NCBI GenBank assembly: GCA_030141605.1
Contig: JAQGDQ010001154.1
Span: 1-59,030 of the forward strand
Direction of reading: 5' to 3'
Length of the DNA stretch: 59,030 nt
Origin: Tubiluchus corallicola
Taxonomy: Eukaryota > Animalia > Priapulida
Below the pieces are notes generated by a model. The model was not told the origin of the DNA, searched no databases, and saw nothing but the letters and a program-made list of their open reading frames with translations. This document shows positions 1-15,289 of this stretch, one piece after another; the stretch's first letter is position 1; every line of letters starts with the position of its first letter. Both the position numbers and the translations under genes were made by a program.

Positions 1-43
1 TGTTTTGACCTACAGTTTAAGATTGAGTCCGGCTTTGCTTTAA
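1..43 (+). mobile_element. 3' end of a family A element
   Basis: tgttttgacctacagtttaagattgagtccggctttgctttaa matches the ends of the other copies. Confidence 0.8.
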
Positions 44-658
44 GCTAATGAAGAATAAAAAAATCATATATAAAAACTACTCTTTCTATAAGTTACTTTA
101 GTACGTAAAACCATAAAAACACAAATTTCTTTGTATGTATTATGCTATAATGACACTAAATTGCTAACTAACTTACTGTCGTGTTACTTAAATAACTTGA
201 TCTGTGTAACGAAAAAAATAACATTGAGAAACACAGGCAGGTCGCCCAAGATCAACATAAAGTTATTTTTATTCAGAACAAGAATGTTGACATGAGTTGA
301 GCTATACATTTCAGAAGTACTCACTCTAAGCAATAAAGTGCCTAAAGGCTCAAACTAGTTTTCGTTCAAATACAAGTCGTAGCAAGTTGTATAAATTGCA
401 TGTTTCCTCAGGCTTGTTTACTAACTCTCAATTCCATCCACGACAAATGAGTCGTGGGGATTTCCATGCATTTCTTTCAAATTTAACCTACATCGCTACC
501 CTACCTACCTCTCTGTGTTTCCAAGACCCGAACCTAAAAATCAGTTTAATGTAACCAATAATTTTCATCCTCTAATTAGTTTTGAAGTGCATATTAAAGT
601 AAAAAAAGAGGCAAGCAAAATATCAATGTTTTTGGAAACATAAAATTGATTTTTAGGA

Positions 659-1645
659 CACAATAATGAACATTACATTTGGTTTTAAGTTTAACAATAA
701 TGAGCATTAAATTTTGTTTTAAGTTTAACAATAATGAACATTAAATTTGGGTTTAAGTTTAACAATAATGAGCATTAAATTTGGGTTTAAGTTTAACAAT
801 AATGAGCATTAAATTTGGGTTTAAGTTTAACAATAATGAACATTAAATTTTGTTTTAAGTTTAACAATAATGAGCATTAAATTTTGTTTTAAGTTTAACA
901 ATAATGAGCATTAAATTTTGTTTTAAGTTTGACAATAATGAGCATTAAATTTTGTTTTAAGTTTGACAATAATGAGCATTAAATTTTGTTTTAAGTTTAA
1001 CAATAATGAGCATTAAATTTGGTTTTAAGTTTAACAATAATGAGCATTAAATTTGGGTTTAAGTTTAACAATAATGAGCATTAAATTTGGGTTTAAGTTT
1101 AACAATAATGAACATTAAATTTGGGTTTAAGTTTAACAATAATGAGCATTAAATTTGGGTTTAAGTTTAACAATAATGAGCATTAAATTTGGGTTTAAGT
1201 TTGACAAAAATGAGCATTAAATTTGGCTTTAAGTTTAACAATAATGAGCATTAAATTTTGTTTTAAGTTTAACAATAATGAACATTAAATTTGGGTTTAA
1301 GTTTAACAATAATGAGCATTAAATTTGGGTTTAAGTTTGACAAAAATGAGCATTAAATTTGGCTTTAAGTTTAACAATAATGAGCATTAAATTTTGTTTT
1401 AAGTTTAACAATAATGAACATTAAATTTGGGTTTAAGTTTAACAATAATGAGCATTAAATTTGGGTTTAAGTTTAACAATAATGAGCATTAAATTTGGGT
1501 TTAAGTTTAACAATAATGAGCATTAAATTTGGCTTTAAGTTTAACAATAATGAGCATTAAATTTGGGTTTAAGTTTGACAATAATGAGCATTAAATTTGG
1601 CTTTAAGTTTAACAATAATGAGCATTAAATTTAGTTTCAAATTTA
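659..1645. repeat. 34-bp minisatellite, ~29 copies
   Basis: Unit caataatgagcattaaatttgggtttaagtttaa. Confidence 0.95.
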
Positions 1646-2364
1646 ACTACAATAAGTATAAGGAATCCGTTTTTCTTTCTTAGATTCCCATCACGCACAT
1701 CACGTGTACCTGTGAAATCTTACAGGTGTGTATAATCTATCCCCGCCGGCACGGTTTTCCAACGAAAGGCAATCCTAGTTTAAAGTTTCCGATCTCCTTC
1801 ATATACCAAGTATACCCAAGTTTTCTACTAGTTATCATAATCGGTTTATCTGTATAAAACAAACCGGAGAAGTGAATCTGTATTTTAGTTGGGGGCGGTT
1901 TCTCTTCCTTCCATTTTATGTTTGGAGGAAACAATTTTATTTTACAAACTAGCAAATTCATGTCTTAATCCTAAAAGTGCCGTTTTTCACATAATTACCC
2001 ATGAGATTCATGAATCGGTGGGCATCCAATTCTGAAATGTTTTAATGTACTGGAACGTATGGAAGTGACATTCTGTTTACAAGCCTTCAAAAATTTATAG
2101 TGAGAAAGGGTTAAACGAGAAAAGGGAAGGCATAAATTATGGTGTACATAGAGATGAATTTGGTTAGAGGTGCAGGTTAGTCAAGAGAGGATAAGTGATA
2201 ATATGAATATATTATATACATATTATAAATCATATAGGTATACCACATAGATACATCATACATATATATATTGGGATTATATATTATACATCACTGAACA
2301 AAAAATACACAAAAAACTCATGCGTGTATTTTGTTCGGCGATGTATAATGTATAGTATATAAGT

Positions 2365-3051
2365 TACAACTTGTTGCAAGTGTGAACGACTTACAACTTC
2401 TCTCGCAACTTGTTGGGCAACTTCTCTCTAAGAGTAAAGTTGCAATGTGTGAACGGCTTGGCAACTTCTCTCTGAGAGTAAAGTTGCAATGTGTGAACGG
2501 CTTGGCAACTTCTTTCGCAACTTGTTGGGCAACTTCTCTCTGAGAGTAAAGTGGCAAGTGTGAACGGCTTGGCAACTTCTTTCGCAACTTGTTGGGCAAC
2601 TTCTCTCTGAGAGTAAAATTGCAAGTGTAAACGGCTTGGCAACATCTCTCGCAACTTGTTGGGCAACTTCTATCTGAGAGTAAAATCGCAAGTGTGAACG
2701 GCTTGGCAACTTCTCTCTGAGAGTAAAGTCACACGTGTGAACGGCTTGGTAACTTCTCTCTGAGAGTAAAGTCACACGTGTGAACGGCTTGGTAACTTCT
2801 CTCTGAGAGTAAAGTCACACGTGTGAACGGCTTGGTAACTTCTCTCGCAATTTGCTGCGCAAGTTAACTCTCGTCAACTCTCGCTGAGTTTTGCAATAAG
2901 TTGCGAGAGAAGTTGACAATCCGTTCACACGTACAACAAGTTGCGAGCAAGTTGCGCAACATATTGCCAAACTGTTCTCACGTGGCAACTTTACTCTCAG
3001 AATGAAGTTGCGCAACAAGTTGCGAGAGAAGTCTCTAAGTCTGAACGCGCC
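2365..3051. mobile_element. PIF/Harbinger-like MITE with an amplified subterminal repeat
   Basis: Right end GTCTGAACGCGCCA|TTA. Segment 2960-3035 is the inverted copy of the tandem units (ggcaacttctctctgagagtaaagttgcaa.gtgtgaacggc) at 2390-2850. Confidence 0.6.
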
Positions 3052-3269
3052 ATTAGTCTCATTGGCTATTACAATCTAACAAACTCATCGAATTCAATTT
3101 AAGTTGATTTGTGTCAATGTAATACATGCATGCATGTATTTAAATCCAGACATTGTAATTTTAATAAACTTCACTGAGGCACTTTAAGAGGGTATTATGT
3201 TTCTTTGCTGTTTTACAACTAACTGACCTATAATCAGGCTGTCTGAATATTACATTCATACATTTTAAT

Positions 3270-3964
<695 letters not shown>

Positions 3965-4915
3965 TATGCTACTAATTATTATTCTACAAATTCATACCCG
4001 CATTTATTTTAATAACGATTTTGTTTTTTTCACTTGTATAAACTTAAGTGGATAGACTGGGTAGATTTAGTTTAAGTGTATAATTTATGTTCTGTACGTA
4101 AATATCAGTTACCAATCTATGCAAAAAATGCCAGTGGTGCTACGAAATTCGTTTTTTTCAACATGGGATCTTTATTGCTGTACAAAAATTTCAACGAAAA
4201 TTTGTCGTCGAAGTTTGAGAGGCAAAGTTCGAATTTATTCTGTTTTTTGCTAATTTCTAGCTTTCGTGCAAGTTTGTTTTTATGTATGATATAATTTGTG
4301 TACAACTACATTGAATGTATGATTTTAAATATCTTGTGTAAAAATATAAAAAGTACACTATAAAACAGTGTACAATAAAAATGAAAGCTAAGTAAAATGA
4401 AACAAGACCGCGCCTGCTTGCAATGGCAAGTACCACACACATTTGTAAGCTTAATCTGCAAACTTGGACACTTTTTTCTGTCTTGACAGAAGCCACGGCA
4501 TCTGATAAGACGAAACCAGGATTTCATTTCCATTGAAGTTTTCTTAAATGAGTTTTATTTAATAAAGTAACAGGACCCATATTGAGTTGACATCATTTGT
4601 GGCACAGGTTAAGCCTACAAATGTGTGTGGTACTTGCCATTACAAGCAGGCGCGGTCTTGTTTCATTTTACTTAGCTTTCGTTTTTATTGTACACAGTTG
4701 TGCATTTACAAAGTGCTTTTATCCTTATTGATCAAGTGGTTTACTTACGAAATGGTCACTAATAAATATGAATATAAATATAAGTAAATGTGTGCGGTAC
4801 TTTCTATTGCAAGCAGGTGCGGTCTTGTTTAATTTTACTTAGCTTTCATTTTTATTGTACACTGTGAAGCATCACACAGTTCTTTATATCCTTATTAAAC
4901 AAATAGTTTACTTAC

Positions 4916-5066
4916 GAACTGGGCAGTTGATATCATTAGCTGCTACTTCATAAAGAAAATGAGTTTTCTGATCCCGATGGGATGCTGAGCGAACTAATCT
5001 CTGATGAAGCCGGCTTGGAATTGGATGTAACGCGTAGTGCTTTTCCTGAGTTTTGATAAAACCGAC
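4916..5066 (-). CDS. Next pro-domain exon of the same metalloprotease
   Basis: Acceptor ctttttgcag, phase 0 as required; donor C|GTAAGT. Peptide VGFIKTQEKHYALHPIPSRLHQRLVRSASHRDQKTHFLYEVAANDINCPV continues the ADAM(TS) pro-domain (G.I......Y.I.P....H..Y) and ends in a likely cysteine-switch Cys. Confidence 0.85.
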
Positions 5067-5076
5067 CTGCAAAAAG

Positions 5077-5538
5077 TTAAAGGAAGACAGGATGATTTTT
5101 CATATACTACCCATTTTCAAATCCGATATTTCAGTATACATTTTAACACGATTGATACTGCAAAAGCGTTTCTGATAATTAAATAACTGATTAAAAGCTT
5201 AATTAACGGTGGGCGAGCTCAATTAGTGACGACATCACAAACTAACATAATTTTCAACAGCAAAAATATTCCGCGAGAGTGTTGCACGCGTTGTTAAGAG
5301 AAAATTGAAGTACAGTGTTACTGTAAAATATTCAGTGTGTTGTACTAAAACTAGACGAGTTTTAAGATAAAAATTCAAATTTCAAATTTACCGCTGCGCT
5401 CGTGCATGAGCTGTCGAACGTGTGTAGTTCGTCACAAACTAACACATCTGAACTGACAGGCAGCATGTTTCCTTTAAATATTTTAAAGAGTAGATTGTTT
5501 TGACCTACAGTTTAAGATTGGGCCCGGTTTTGCTTTAA
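5077..5538 (+). mobile_element. TTAA-flanked Kolobok-like non-autonomous element, family A (internally deleted)
   Basis: TTAA-AGGAAGAC ... GTTTTGCT-TTAA. Homologous to copies at 19422, 24558, 31821, 17430 (reverse) and 1-43. Confidence 0.8.
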
Positions 5539-5668
5539 CTTATTAAACATGAAATTTGAAATTACAGTTGTTTGAGTCTGCCACTAGAGGGAGAAAACGG
5601 GGGGGAGGATCCTGGTAAATCCGTCGGATCCTGTTTCCACACGGGCCACCAGGGCCAAGATTTATATA

Positions 5669-6113
5669 CAGGGTGCCTCAAAAGTCAATATACACTGTTT
5701 CATTACGTTTGCATGAATCAAAACGGGACTTTGGCAATTCTTGTTATTTATTTTTTGCTGGATCCACGTTGCTATGACGACGAGAGTAACGTTAGAACTG
5801 GTGTTCTGTGGAAATTCAGAGCAGTATTGGGACCACACTGTTCTCTCACTATTAACAATGTAGTTTTTCAACTACCAGCCGTTCTTCCTTCTTCCTTCAG
5901 CTCTTTACATTACTGCATCTTTTAATTAAGGTCTCTGCAAAGGGTCCCTGGAAAACAGCAAAGTCCACTAGGGCAGTAGTTCTTTTTAGATATTCGTCTA
6001 ATTTGACTAAAAGAATTGTCCAAGTTCATCTGTACAAATTTTCAACCATTTTGCTTTGTTTGTTGAAGAAATATAGAAAACGTAATGTGTGTAGTGACTT
6101 ATGACACACCCTG
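5669..6113 (+). mobile_element. Non-autonomous Tc1/mariner element
   Basis: TA|CAGGGTGCCTCAAAAGTCAATATACAC ... GTGTGTAGTGACTTATGACACACCCTG|TA: ~27-bp TIRs and a TA TSD. Confidence 0.85.
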
Positions 6114-6974
6114 TATTACACATGTAACGAACATTACACATGTTGAAGGATAGCTAGTACTTTTTACACATACTAATTATTCATACTATTTACAACTTTT
6201 TACGCATACTATATTCACTTAAAGACTAAATGAGTGAACGAAAAAATAATTTAATTTTAAAAACTATTATGTTTTACATATGGAAGATCTTAGGTTGTAA
6301 TTTTTTGCAAGTTTTGTACAATGCGTCCCGAAAGGGCAGGTTTAATCACATGTAACCAGGTAAATTGGTATTTAATACTGAATTTTATGTGCCATTAATA
6401 GTCGAAATTCAAGTGATTGAATTGAAAATTCTTATCCATCACTCAAACAGGGCCTCTGGCAGAAATTCCGAAGACGTATAAAAGAATTAAAATGCATAAA
6501 ATCCAAGTTAGAAGCCGAAGATGAACAGAACATTGCTAGACGTTTGCACAGAATAATGTACGAGATCCACAAACTGCCATAAAACATTACTAGAGAGTCA
6601 CAAACATTCTGCACAATGTGTTTATCTTAGAAGCAATGCTATAAAGACAATCTTGCACATTGCAGCAGCATCATAACAGCTTTACAACAATTGTTATTTA
6701 CTGCAAAGCTCATTTTTAGCGAATATCAGTCTTTATTAGTGATTCAATAAGCCTTTTCACAGTTCCAGCGATTGATGGTGATCGTGAAAAGGTCAAAGGT
6801 TAAGTGTACCAGACAATGCATTTGTGTACACTTGACAACGCCTCGCAGCCTATGCTATTGTAATAGTAACAGTTTTAACAGCTAGCTAGAACCTTACCTA
6901 GTTCATTTTTTCTTCCTCCCAAGCAAGATCCTGCTATTAACAAAATAGAGAACCATTCTACTCGTATCATTTGA

Positions 6975-7986
6975 AATCAGTATCAATGCGTAACCGCTAC
7001 GCATAATGTCTCCAAAATATTGCAAAATAAATTCGTCTATCAGTATTAATGCGTAATCGTTCCGCATAATGTCTCCAAAATATTGCAAAATAAATTCGTC
7101 TGTCAGTATTAATGCGTAAACGCTCCGCATAATGTCTCCAAAATATTACAAAATAAATTCGTCTATCAGTATTAATGCGTAATCGTTCCGCATAATGTCT
7201 CCAAAATATTGCAAAATAAATTCGTCTGTCAGTATTAATGCGTAAACGCTCCGCATAATGTCTCCAAAATATTGCAAAATAAATTCGTCTATCAGTATTA
7301 ATGCGTAAACCTTCCGCATAATGTCTCCAAAATATTGCAAAATAAATTCGTCTGTCAGCATTAATGCGTAAACCTTCCGCATAATGTCTCCAAAATATAT
7401 TGCAAAATAAATTCGTCTATCAGTATTAATGCGTAATCGCTTCGCATAATGTCTTCAAAATATTGCAAAATAAATTCGTCTATCAGTATTAATGCGTAAA
7501 CGCTACGCATAATGTCTCCAAAATATTGCAAAATAAATTCGTCTATCGGTATTAATGCGTAAACGTTCCGCATAATGTCTCCAAAATATTGCAAAATAAA
7601 TTCGTCTGTCAGTATTAATGCGTAAACGCTCCGCATAATGTCTCCAAAATATTACAAAATAAATTCGTCTATCAGTATTAATGCGTAAACGTTCCGCATA
7701 ATGTCTCCAAAATATTGCAAAATAAATTCGTCTGTCAGTATTAATGCGTAAACGCTCCGCATAATGTCTCCAAAATATTGCAAAATAAATTCGTCTATCA
7801 GTATTAATGCGTAAACCTTCCGCATAATGTCTCCAAAATATTGCAAAATAAATTCGTCTGTCAGTATTAATGCGTAAACGTTTCGCATAATGTCTCCAAA
7901 ATATTGCAAAATAAATTCGTCTCTCAGTATTAATGCGTACACCTTCCGCATAATGTCTCCAAAATATTGCAAAATAAATTCGTCTA
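6975..7986. repeat. 63-bp minisatellite, ~16 copies
   Basis: Unit cgcataatgtctccaaaatattgcaaaataaattcgtctatcagtattaatgcgtaaacgctc. Confidence 0.95.
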
Positions 7987-7991
7987 CTCAC

Positions 7992-8272
7992 CAGATCTCC
8001 ATCACAGATGCTTACAGACGCCATGTTCGGCGGATGTGACGTCACGTTTGCTAAATAGAAGCAATCTTCTAGCGTAACATTATGAAGTTTCGTTTCGTTG
8101 AGGACACCATTCCTTGAAACCATTAGGAACGAGGGAGAAGACAGTTCAACGCGTTTGTGGAGTGCAAGCTTAAACGGTTTTTCTGTTTCAATGCCTTCCA
8201 CCTCAAAATGTGATAAAGAACCTTCTCTTAAAGAATGTCTAGCAAGTGGCGTCACCAAACTGTATTTTGGCA
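7992..8272 (-). CDS. Pro-domain exon of a reprolysin/ADAM(TS)-like (M12B) metalloprotease
   Basis: Acceptor ttttattttcag, donor CTG|GTGAGT. Peptide PKYSLVTP...FKLALHKRVELSSPSF...EDCFYLANVTSHPPNMASVSICDGDL matches the M12B propeptide pattern (F.L.L...CFY.G.V...P.S.A.VS.C.GL). Confidence 0.85.
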
Positions 8273-8499
8273 CTGAAAATAAAACAGCAATATGTTCTAA
8301 AAAGCAGAAGCATTTTTACACTCAACTATCATTAATATAGAGGAAGCATTTGGTTCAACCAATGACACAGTTGTGATGACATTTAGGCTTACAGACAATG
8401 TCTTACTGATTATTGCATTCTTAACATTGTAATATTGTAATATAACTTAAACATTAGTACACGTTGATGTACCATCAGCCCCTCATTTGTCCCCAACGG

Positions 8500-10005
<1,506 letters not shown>

Positions 10006-10127
10006 TAATAATATAAAATCGCCAAAGTCCTAAATTGCGTTATAGTTAGATTTCAACAAACATAGATTTTATTTTGAAATACTAGCTCACACGACGACAC
10101 TATTTCGATTTTCATATAATCTGGGTG

Positions 10128-10804
10128 TTAAAGCTCAAAAAACCCTCCACTTACGTAAAGCCTGAAAAATTCGTCTTGAAATTTTATACCACTTACGTAC
10201 TGCTTTTTTCCATGCAGGTCTAACATCGGCAGTAACGCTGTATAAAACATGTAAATTTAAACTCCCGCGATGACCGTTAGACGCAGCCATTTTAATGGTA
10301 GGTCGTTTGAAACAAGTTTAGATAACATTAAGTAAAGTTTGAAAAATAACCAGAGCATTCGTAGAGCACACGTCACTAAGTAAAATTTTTAAATGACTGT
10401 ATCTTGTCAATAAGATTAAAAATACGTTTTTTGTTAATGAGTGGCGCACCCTGGAGGGTGAGTCAGCGACATTTTACCAATTGGCACGAACATTTTAAAT
10501 CATTAGTCTAGTTACATAAGTCTTTCCAGCAGGTAAGTGAAATGCTGAGTAATACAAATTTACATGGAAAGTTTTTTGGGACATAATTTAACATTTCCCT
10601 TTCTTCCCCTGATTTACGTTGTGCGTATATGACGTCATGCAATGGCGTTGTGGGAACAGTATTGTGGGAGATTTAAAATGAAAACAAACAAAAATTCCTT
10701 TTAACGCCAGTACGATATACGCATAAAATTGCTGTAAAGTAAGATAATTTTTTAAGACGATTTTTCTGAAAGCTGTTTCAGCTACCTCTTTTCTTGGCCT
10801 TTAA
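10128..10804 (+). mobile_element. TTAA-flanked Kolobok-like element, family B
   Basis: TTAA-AGCTCAAAAAA ... TTTTCTTGGCCT-TTAA, collinear with 42069-42748. Confidence 0.85.
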
Positions 10805-10841
10805 TATTTTGAAAAGGATATGGCTTTGGTATTTGCTAATA

Positions 10842-11483
10842 TTTAGTTTAAACATAATATATTATAGGATAGGATTAGATCAGACAGTTTGAACAACATG
10901 ATTTAGGATCCTCACCACAACAGACTTTTTACACTATTTACAAGAACATTTACAGTAAGAATAGACTATAACTACACAAGCTGACAAGTTTTACTACAAG
11001 AATACATTAGACATTAGTAACATTTACAGTAAGAATAGACTATAACTACACAAGCTGACAAGTTTTACTACAAGAATACATTAGACATTAGTAACATTTA
11101 CAGTAAGAATAGACTATAACTACACAAGCTGACAAGTTTTACTACAAGATTACATTAGATATTAGTAACATTTGCAGTAAGAATAGACTATAACTACACA
11201 AGCTGACAAGTTTTACTACAAGATTACATTAGACATTAGTAGAAAATGACGGTTAGAAAATATTAATGTACGAATATTTAAGACTGATACATTTCACATC
11301 AGATAGAAACTACTGGAAGCGTTTAGTACGTAATATAAAGTCATGTATACATTGTAATATTTTACAGTTAGCAACATAGTTAAATTCATCTTTTCCGAAT
11401 AATAACAACTTCAACAGATCATTAGTTCCTAAGGCAGCTATATTAAGGTTTTCGGGCAGAAGTATTTCATTTAATTTATCACA
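10842..11483 (-). mobile_element. Second copy of the same LINE 3' end, with four tandem 74-bp units in the UTR
   Basis: Near identical to 26188-26665; the unit starts at 10946, 11020, 11094 and 11168. Confidence 0.85.
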
Positions 11484-12183
11484 TGTTTATGCTAAGATCC
11501 AGCAGAAATTTGTCCAAAAACAATTAAGATTAGGATAAAAAAGCAACACTTTGTTCATATTCTCACACATAGAAATCCTACACTCCTTTCAAACTTTTCA
11601 CGGAAACACTTGAAATCTGGTAATCGTTTACGTATTTACAGGTAAATTACGATTGTGTAAACAGTTTTACAACTGACTACTGTAACTCGGTAAACAGACG
11701 TTGAAAAGTCACCTGCTGAAACGTCTGAATAGCTTTTTTTCACACAAATAGACGCTATGTTGTGTTGTGTAATCAGCGCTTTGGTGGTAGTGACCTATAA
11801 TAGCTGGTTATAGTTCTGTTAGTTTAACCCGAAAATAAAAATGATCACAGAGCAATAATCACCGTAGTTAACTCCAAAAGCTGACAATAGCAATGCACGC
11901 TGGACTGGAGGTCAATTGTTATCATTATACGAACCTGGTTCAACTAGTGTTTTGACGGTGCTTTGGATAAATTGCACTAGAAAAAACTTACAACTCCAAA
12001 GAGAATCTGTGTTTGATAGTTTAATGATATTTAGCAATTTTAAAGCAGCTTAAGTTTCAGTTAAAAAGTGATCATTAATCTAAACAATGATCTTTTGTAT
12101 GTCGGATTTACTAGAGTAAGCAGTTGGTCTACAGTGATTCTTGTTTAATGGATTAAATGCTAAAAATGGCTATTGCAAGTAAG

Positions 12184-12678
<495 letters not shown>

Positions 12679-12694
12679 CAAGTAAGGAGTTATA

Positions 12695-13224
12695 CTGGGT
12701 GATTATATTATCTGTATTTGTTTTAACAAACAAAGTAAAATGATTGAAAATTGGCACAGATAAACTAAAGCCTTGGACAATTTTTTTAGTGGAATTAAAC
12801 GAAAATCTCAAAAGAAGTGCTTACTCACTACGCTTTACTGTTTTCCTTATTTTCTTTAGAGACCTCAAAGCTTCAGAATCAATCCAAATGGCAAGTCGAG
12901 CATCTTGGTTTGAGAGAGTCTCTTACAGCCCATGAGTGGTGAGGAAGAGCAGCATCTTGGTGAAAAAGTACAATTTTAATTAATAGGGAGGACCATGTGG
13001 AGCTGAGAGTTTCAGCAGAACTTCAGCTGATGATCGAAGGGCCTCATGTCAGGTGAATTTTGAACCAAACTTCAAACATTACTCTCGTCGTCATAGCAAC
13101 GTCGATCCAGACAAAAAATTGCCAAAGGCCCCCTTTAGTTCATGTAAGTGCTTGCTGAGATTGGAGAAAACTTTAAAACAGAAAATTCGAAATCAAAGTG
13201 TATAGTGACTTTTGGGACGCCCTG
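12695..13224 (-). mobile_element. Second copy of the same mariner-like family, retaining a transposase fragment
   Basis: Reverse-complement similarity to 5669-6113 at both ends, TA-flanked. Minus strand ~12970-12910 reads LFHQDAALPHHSWAVRDSL, a decayed FQQDGAPPH...VR..L motif. Confidence 0.75.
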
Positions 13225-13521
13225 TATAATGACAGGTGATTCAATACAGGATGTAGTAGCTACCTTAGTTACATGGGCGCCGGCAGGCGGGCGCACTGAC
13301 GCACGTGCATCAACAGAATTTCTCAACAAAAAATTATGGCTAAACAAATTTTTTTAGCAGTAAACTAAGAAACACATCAACCCTTGTTTGTTTGTTTGAG
13401 CAATCCTCGAGCAGTCAGCTGATTTGCATAGTGAAGTTATGTTTATGTATGTCACTTACATAGTGTCAATTCTATCGATTTCCGTTGTCTAGATACTGTC
13501 CAGTAGATTGTCTCAATTGTC

Positions 13522-15218
13522 TAGTAGATTGTCTACTCAAAGTCTGTAGACAGTTTTTAACTAACTGCAGTAGATTGTCTACTCAAAGTCTGTAGACAGT
13601 TTTTAACTAACTCCAGTAGATTGTCTACTCAAAGTCTGTAGACAGTTTTTAACTAACTCCAGTAGATTGTCTACTCAAAGTCTGTAGACAGTTTTTAACT
13701 AACTCCAGTAGATTGTCTACTCAAAGTCTGTAGACAGTTTTTAACTAACTCCAGTAGATTGTCTACTCAAAGTCTGTAGACAGTTTTTAACTAACTCCAG
13801 TAGATTGTCTACTCAAAGTCTGTAGACAGTTTTTAACTAACTCCAGTAGATTGTCTACTCAAAGTCTGTAGACAGTTTTTAACTAACTCCAGTAGATTGT
13901 CTATTCAAAGTCTGTAGACAGTTTTTAACTAACTCCAGTAGATTGTCTACTCAAAGTCTGTAGACAGTTTTTAACTAACTCCAGTAGATTGTCTATTCAA
14001 AGTCTGTAGACAGTTTTTAACTAACTCCAGTAGATTGTCTACTCAAAGTCTGTAGACAGTTTTTAACTAACTCTAGTAGATTGTCTATTCAAAGTCTGTA
14101 GACAGTTTTTAACTAACTCCAGTAGATTGTCTATTCAAAGTCTGTAGACAGTTTTTAACTAACTCCAGTAGATTGTCTACTCAAAGTCTGTAGACAGTTT
14201 TTAACTAACTCCAGTAGATTGTCTACTCAAAGTCTGTAGACAGTTTTTAACTAACTCCAGTAGATTGTCTATTCAAAGTCTGTAGACAGTTTTTAACTAA
14301 CTCCAGTAGATTGTCTACTCAAAGTCTGTAGACAGTTTTTAACTAACTCTAGTAGATTGTCTATTCAAAGTCTGTAGACAATTTTTAACTAACTGCAGTA
14401 GATTGTCTACTCAAAGTCTGTAGACAGTTTTTAACTAACTCCAGTAGGTTGTCTACTCAAAGTCTGTAGACAGTTTTTAACTAACTCCAGTAGGTTGTCT
14501 ATTCAAAGTCTGTAGACAGTTTTTAACTAACTCCAGTAGATTGTCTACTCAAAGTCTGTAGACAGTTTTTAACTAACTCCAGTAGATTGTCTACTCAAAG
14601 TCTGTAGACAGTTTTTAACTAACTCCAGTAGATTGTCTACTCAAAGTCTGTAGACAGTTTTTAACTAACTCCAGTAGATTGTCTACTCAAAGTCTGTAGA
14701 CAGTTTTTAACTAACTCCAGTAGATTGTCTACTCAAAGTCTGTAGACAGTTTTTAACTAACTCTAGTAGATTGTCTATTCAAAGTCTGTAGACAGTTTTT
14801 AACTAACTCCAGTAGATTGTCTACTCAAAGTCTGAAGACAGTTTTTAACTAACTCCAGTAGATTGTCTACTCAAAGTCTGTAGACAGTTTTTAACTAACT
14901 CCAGTAGATTGTCTATCAAAGTCTGTAGACAGTTTTTAACTTCCAGTAGATTGTCTACTCAAAGTCTGTAGACAGTTTTTAACTAACTCCAGTAGATTGT
15001 CTACTCAAAGTCTGTAGACAGTTTTTAACTAACTCCAGTAGATTGTCTACTCAAAGTCTGAAGACAGTTTTTAACTAACTCCAGTAGATTGTCTACTCAA
15101 AGTGTGTAGACAGTTTTTAACTAACTCCAGTAGATTGTCTATTCAAAGTCTGTAGACAGTTTTTAACTAACTCCAGTAGATTGTCTACTCAAAGTCTTTA
15201 GACAGTTTTTAACTAACT
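13522..15218. repeat. 46-bp minisatellite, ~37 copies, with internally palindromic units
   Basis: Unit ccagtagattgtctactcaaagtctgtagacagtttttaactaact. Confidence 0.97.
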
Positions 15219-15289
15219 GTAACGGCACTTCTCTCTCTAACGCAAACAAAACGAAATAGCACTCACGCAAACTTATTAAATTTTGTATG

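Noticed and set aside
1737-1961. 74-aa ORF as a further metalloprotease exon
   Set aside because: No furin site or M12B catalytic-domain motifs, and no convincing splice sites.
5001-5030. Second hammerhead (ctgatgaagccggctt)
   Set aside because: No GAAA after stem II, and it lies within a coding exon on the opposite strand.
13522-15218. CRISPR array (palindromic repeat superficially like a Cas12a direct repeat)
   Set aside because: Units are head-to-tail with no unique spacers, there are no cas genes, and the context is a eukaryotic intron. The same applies to the other minisatellites.
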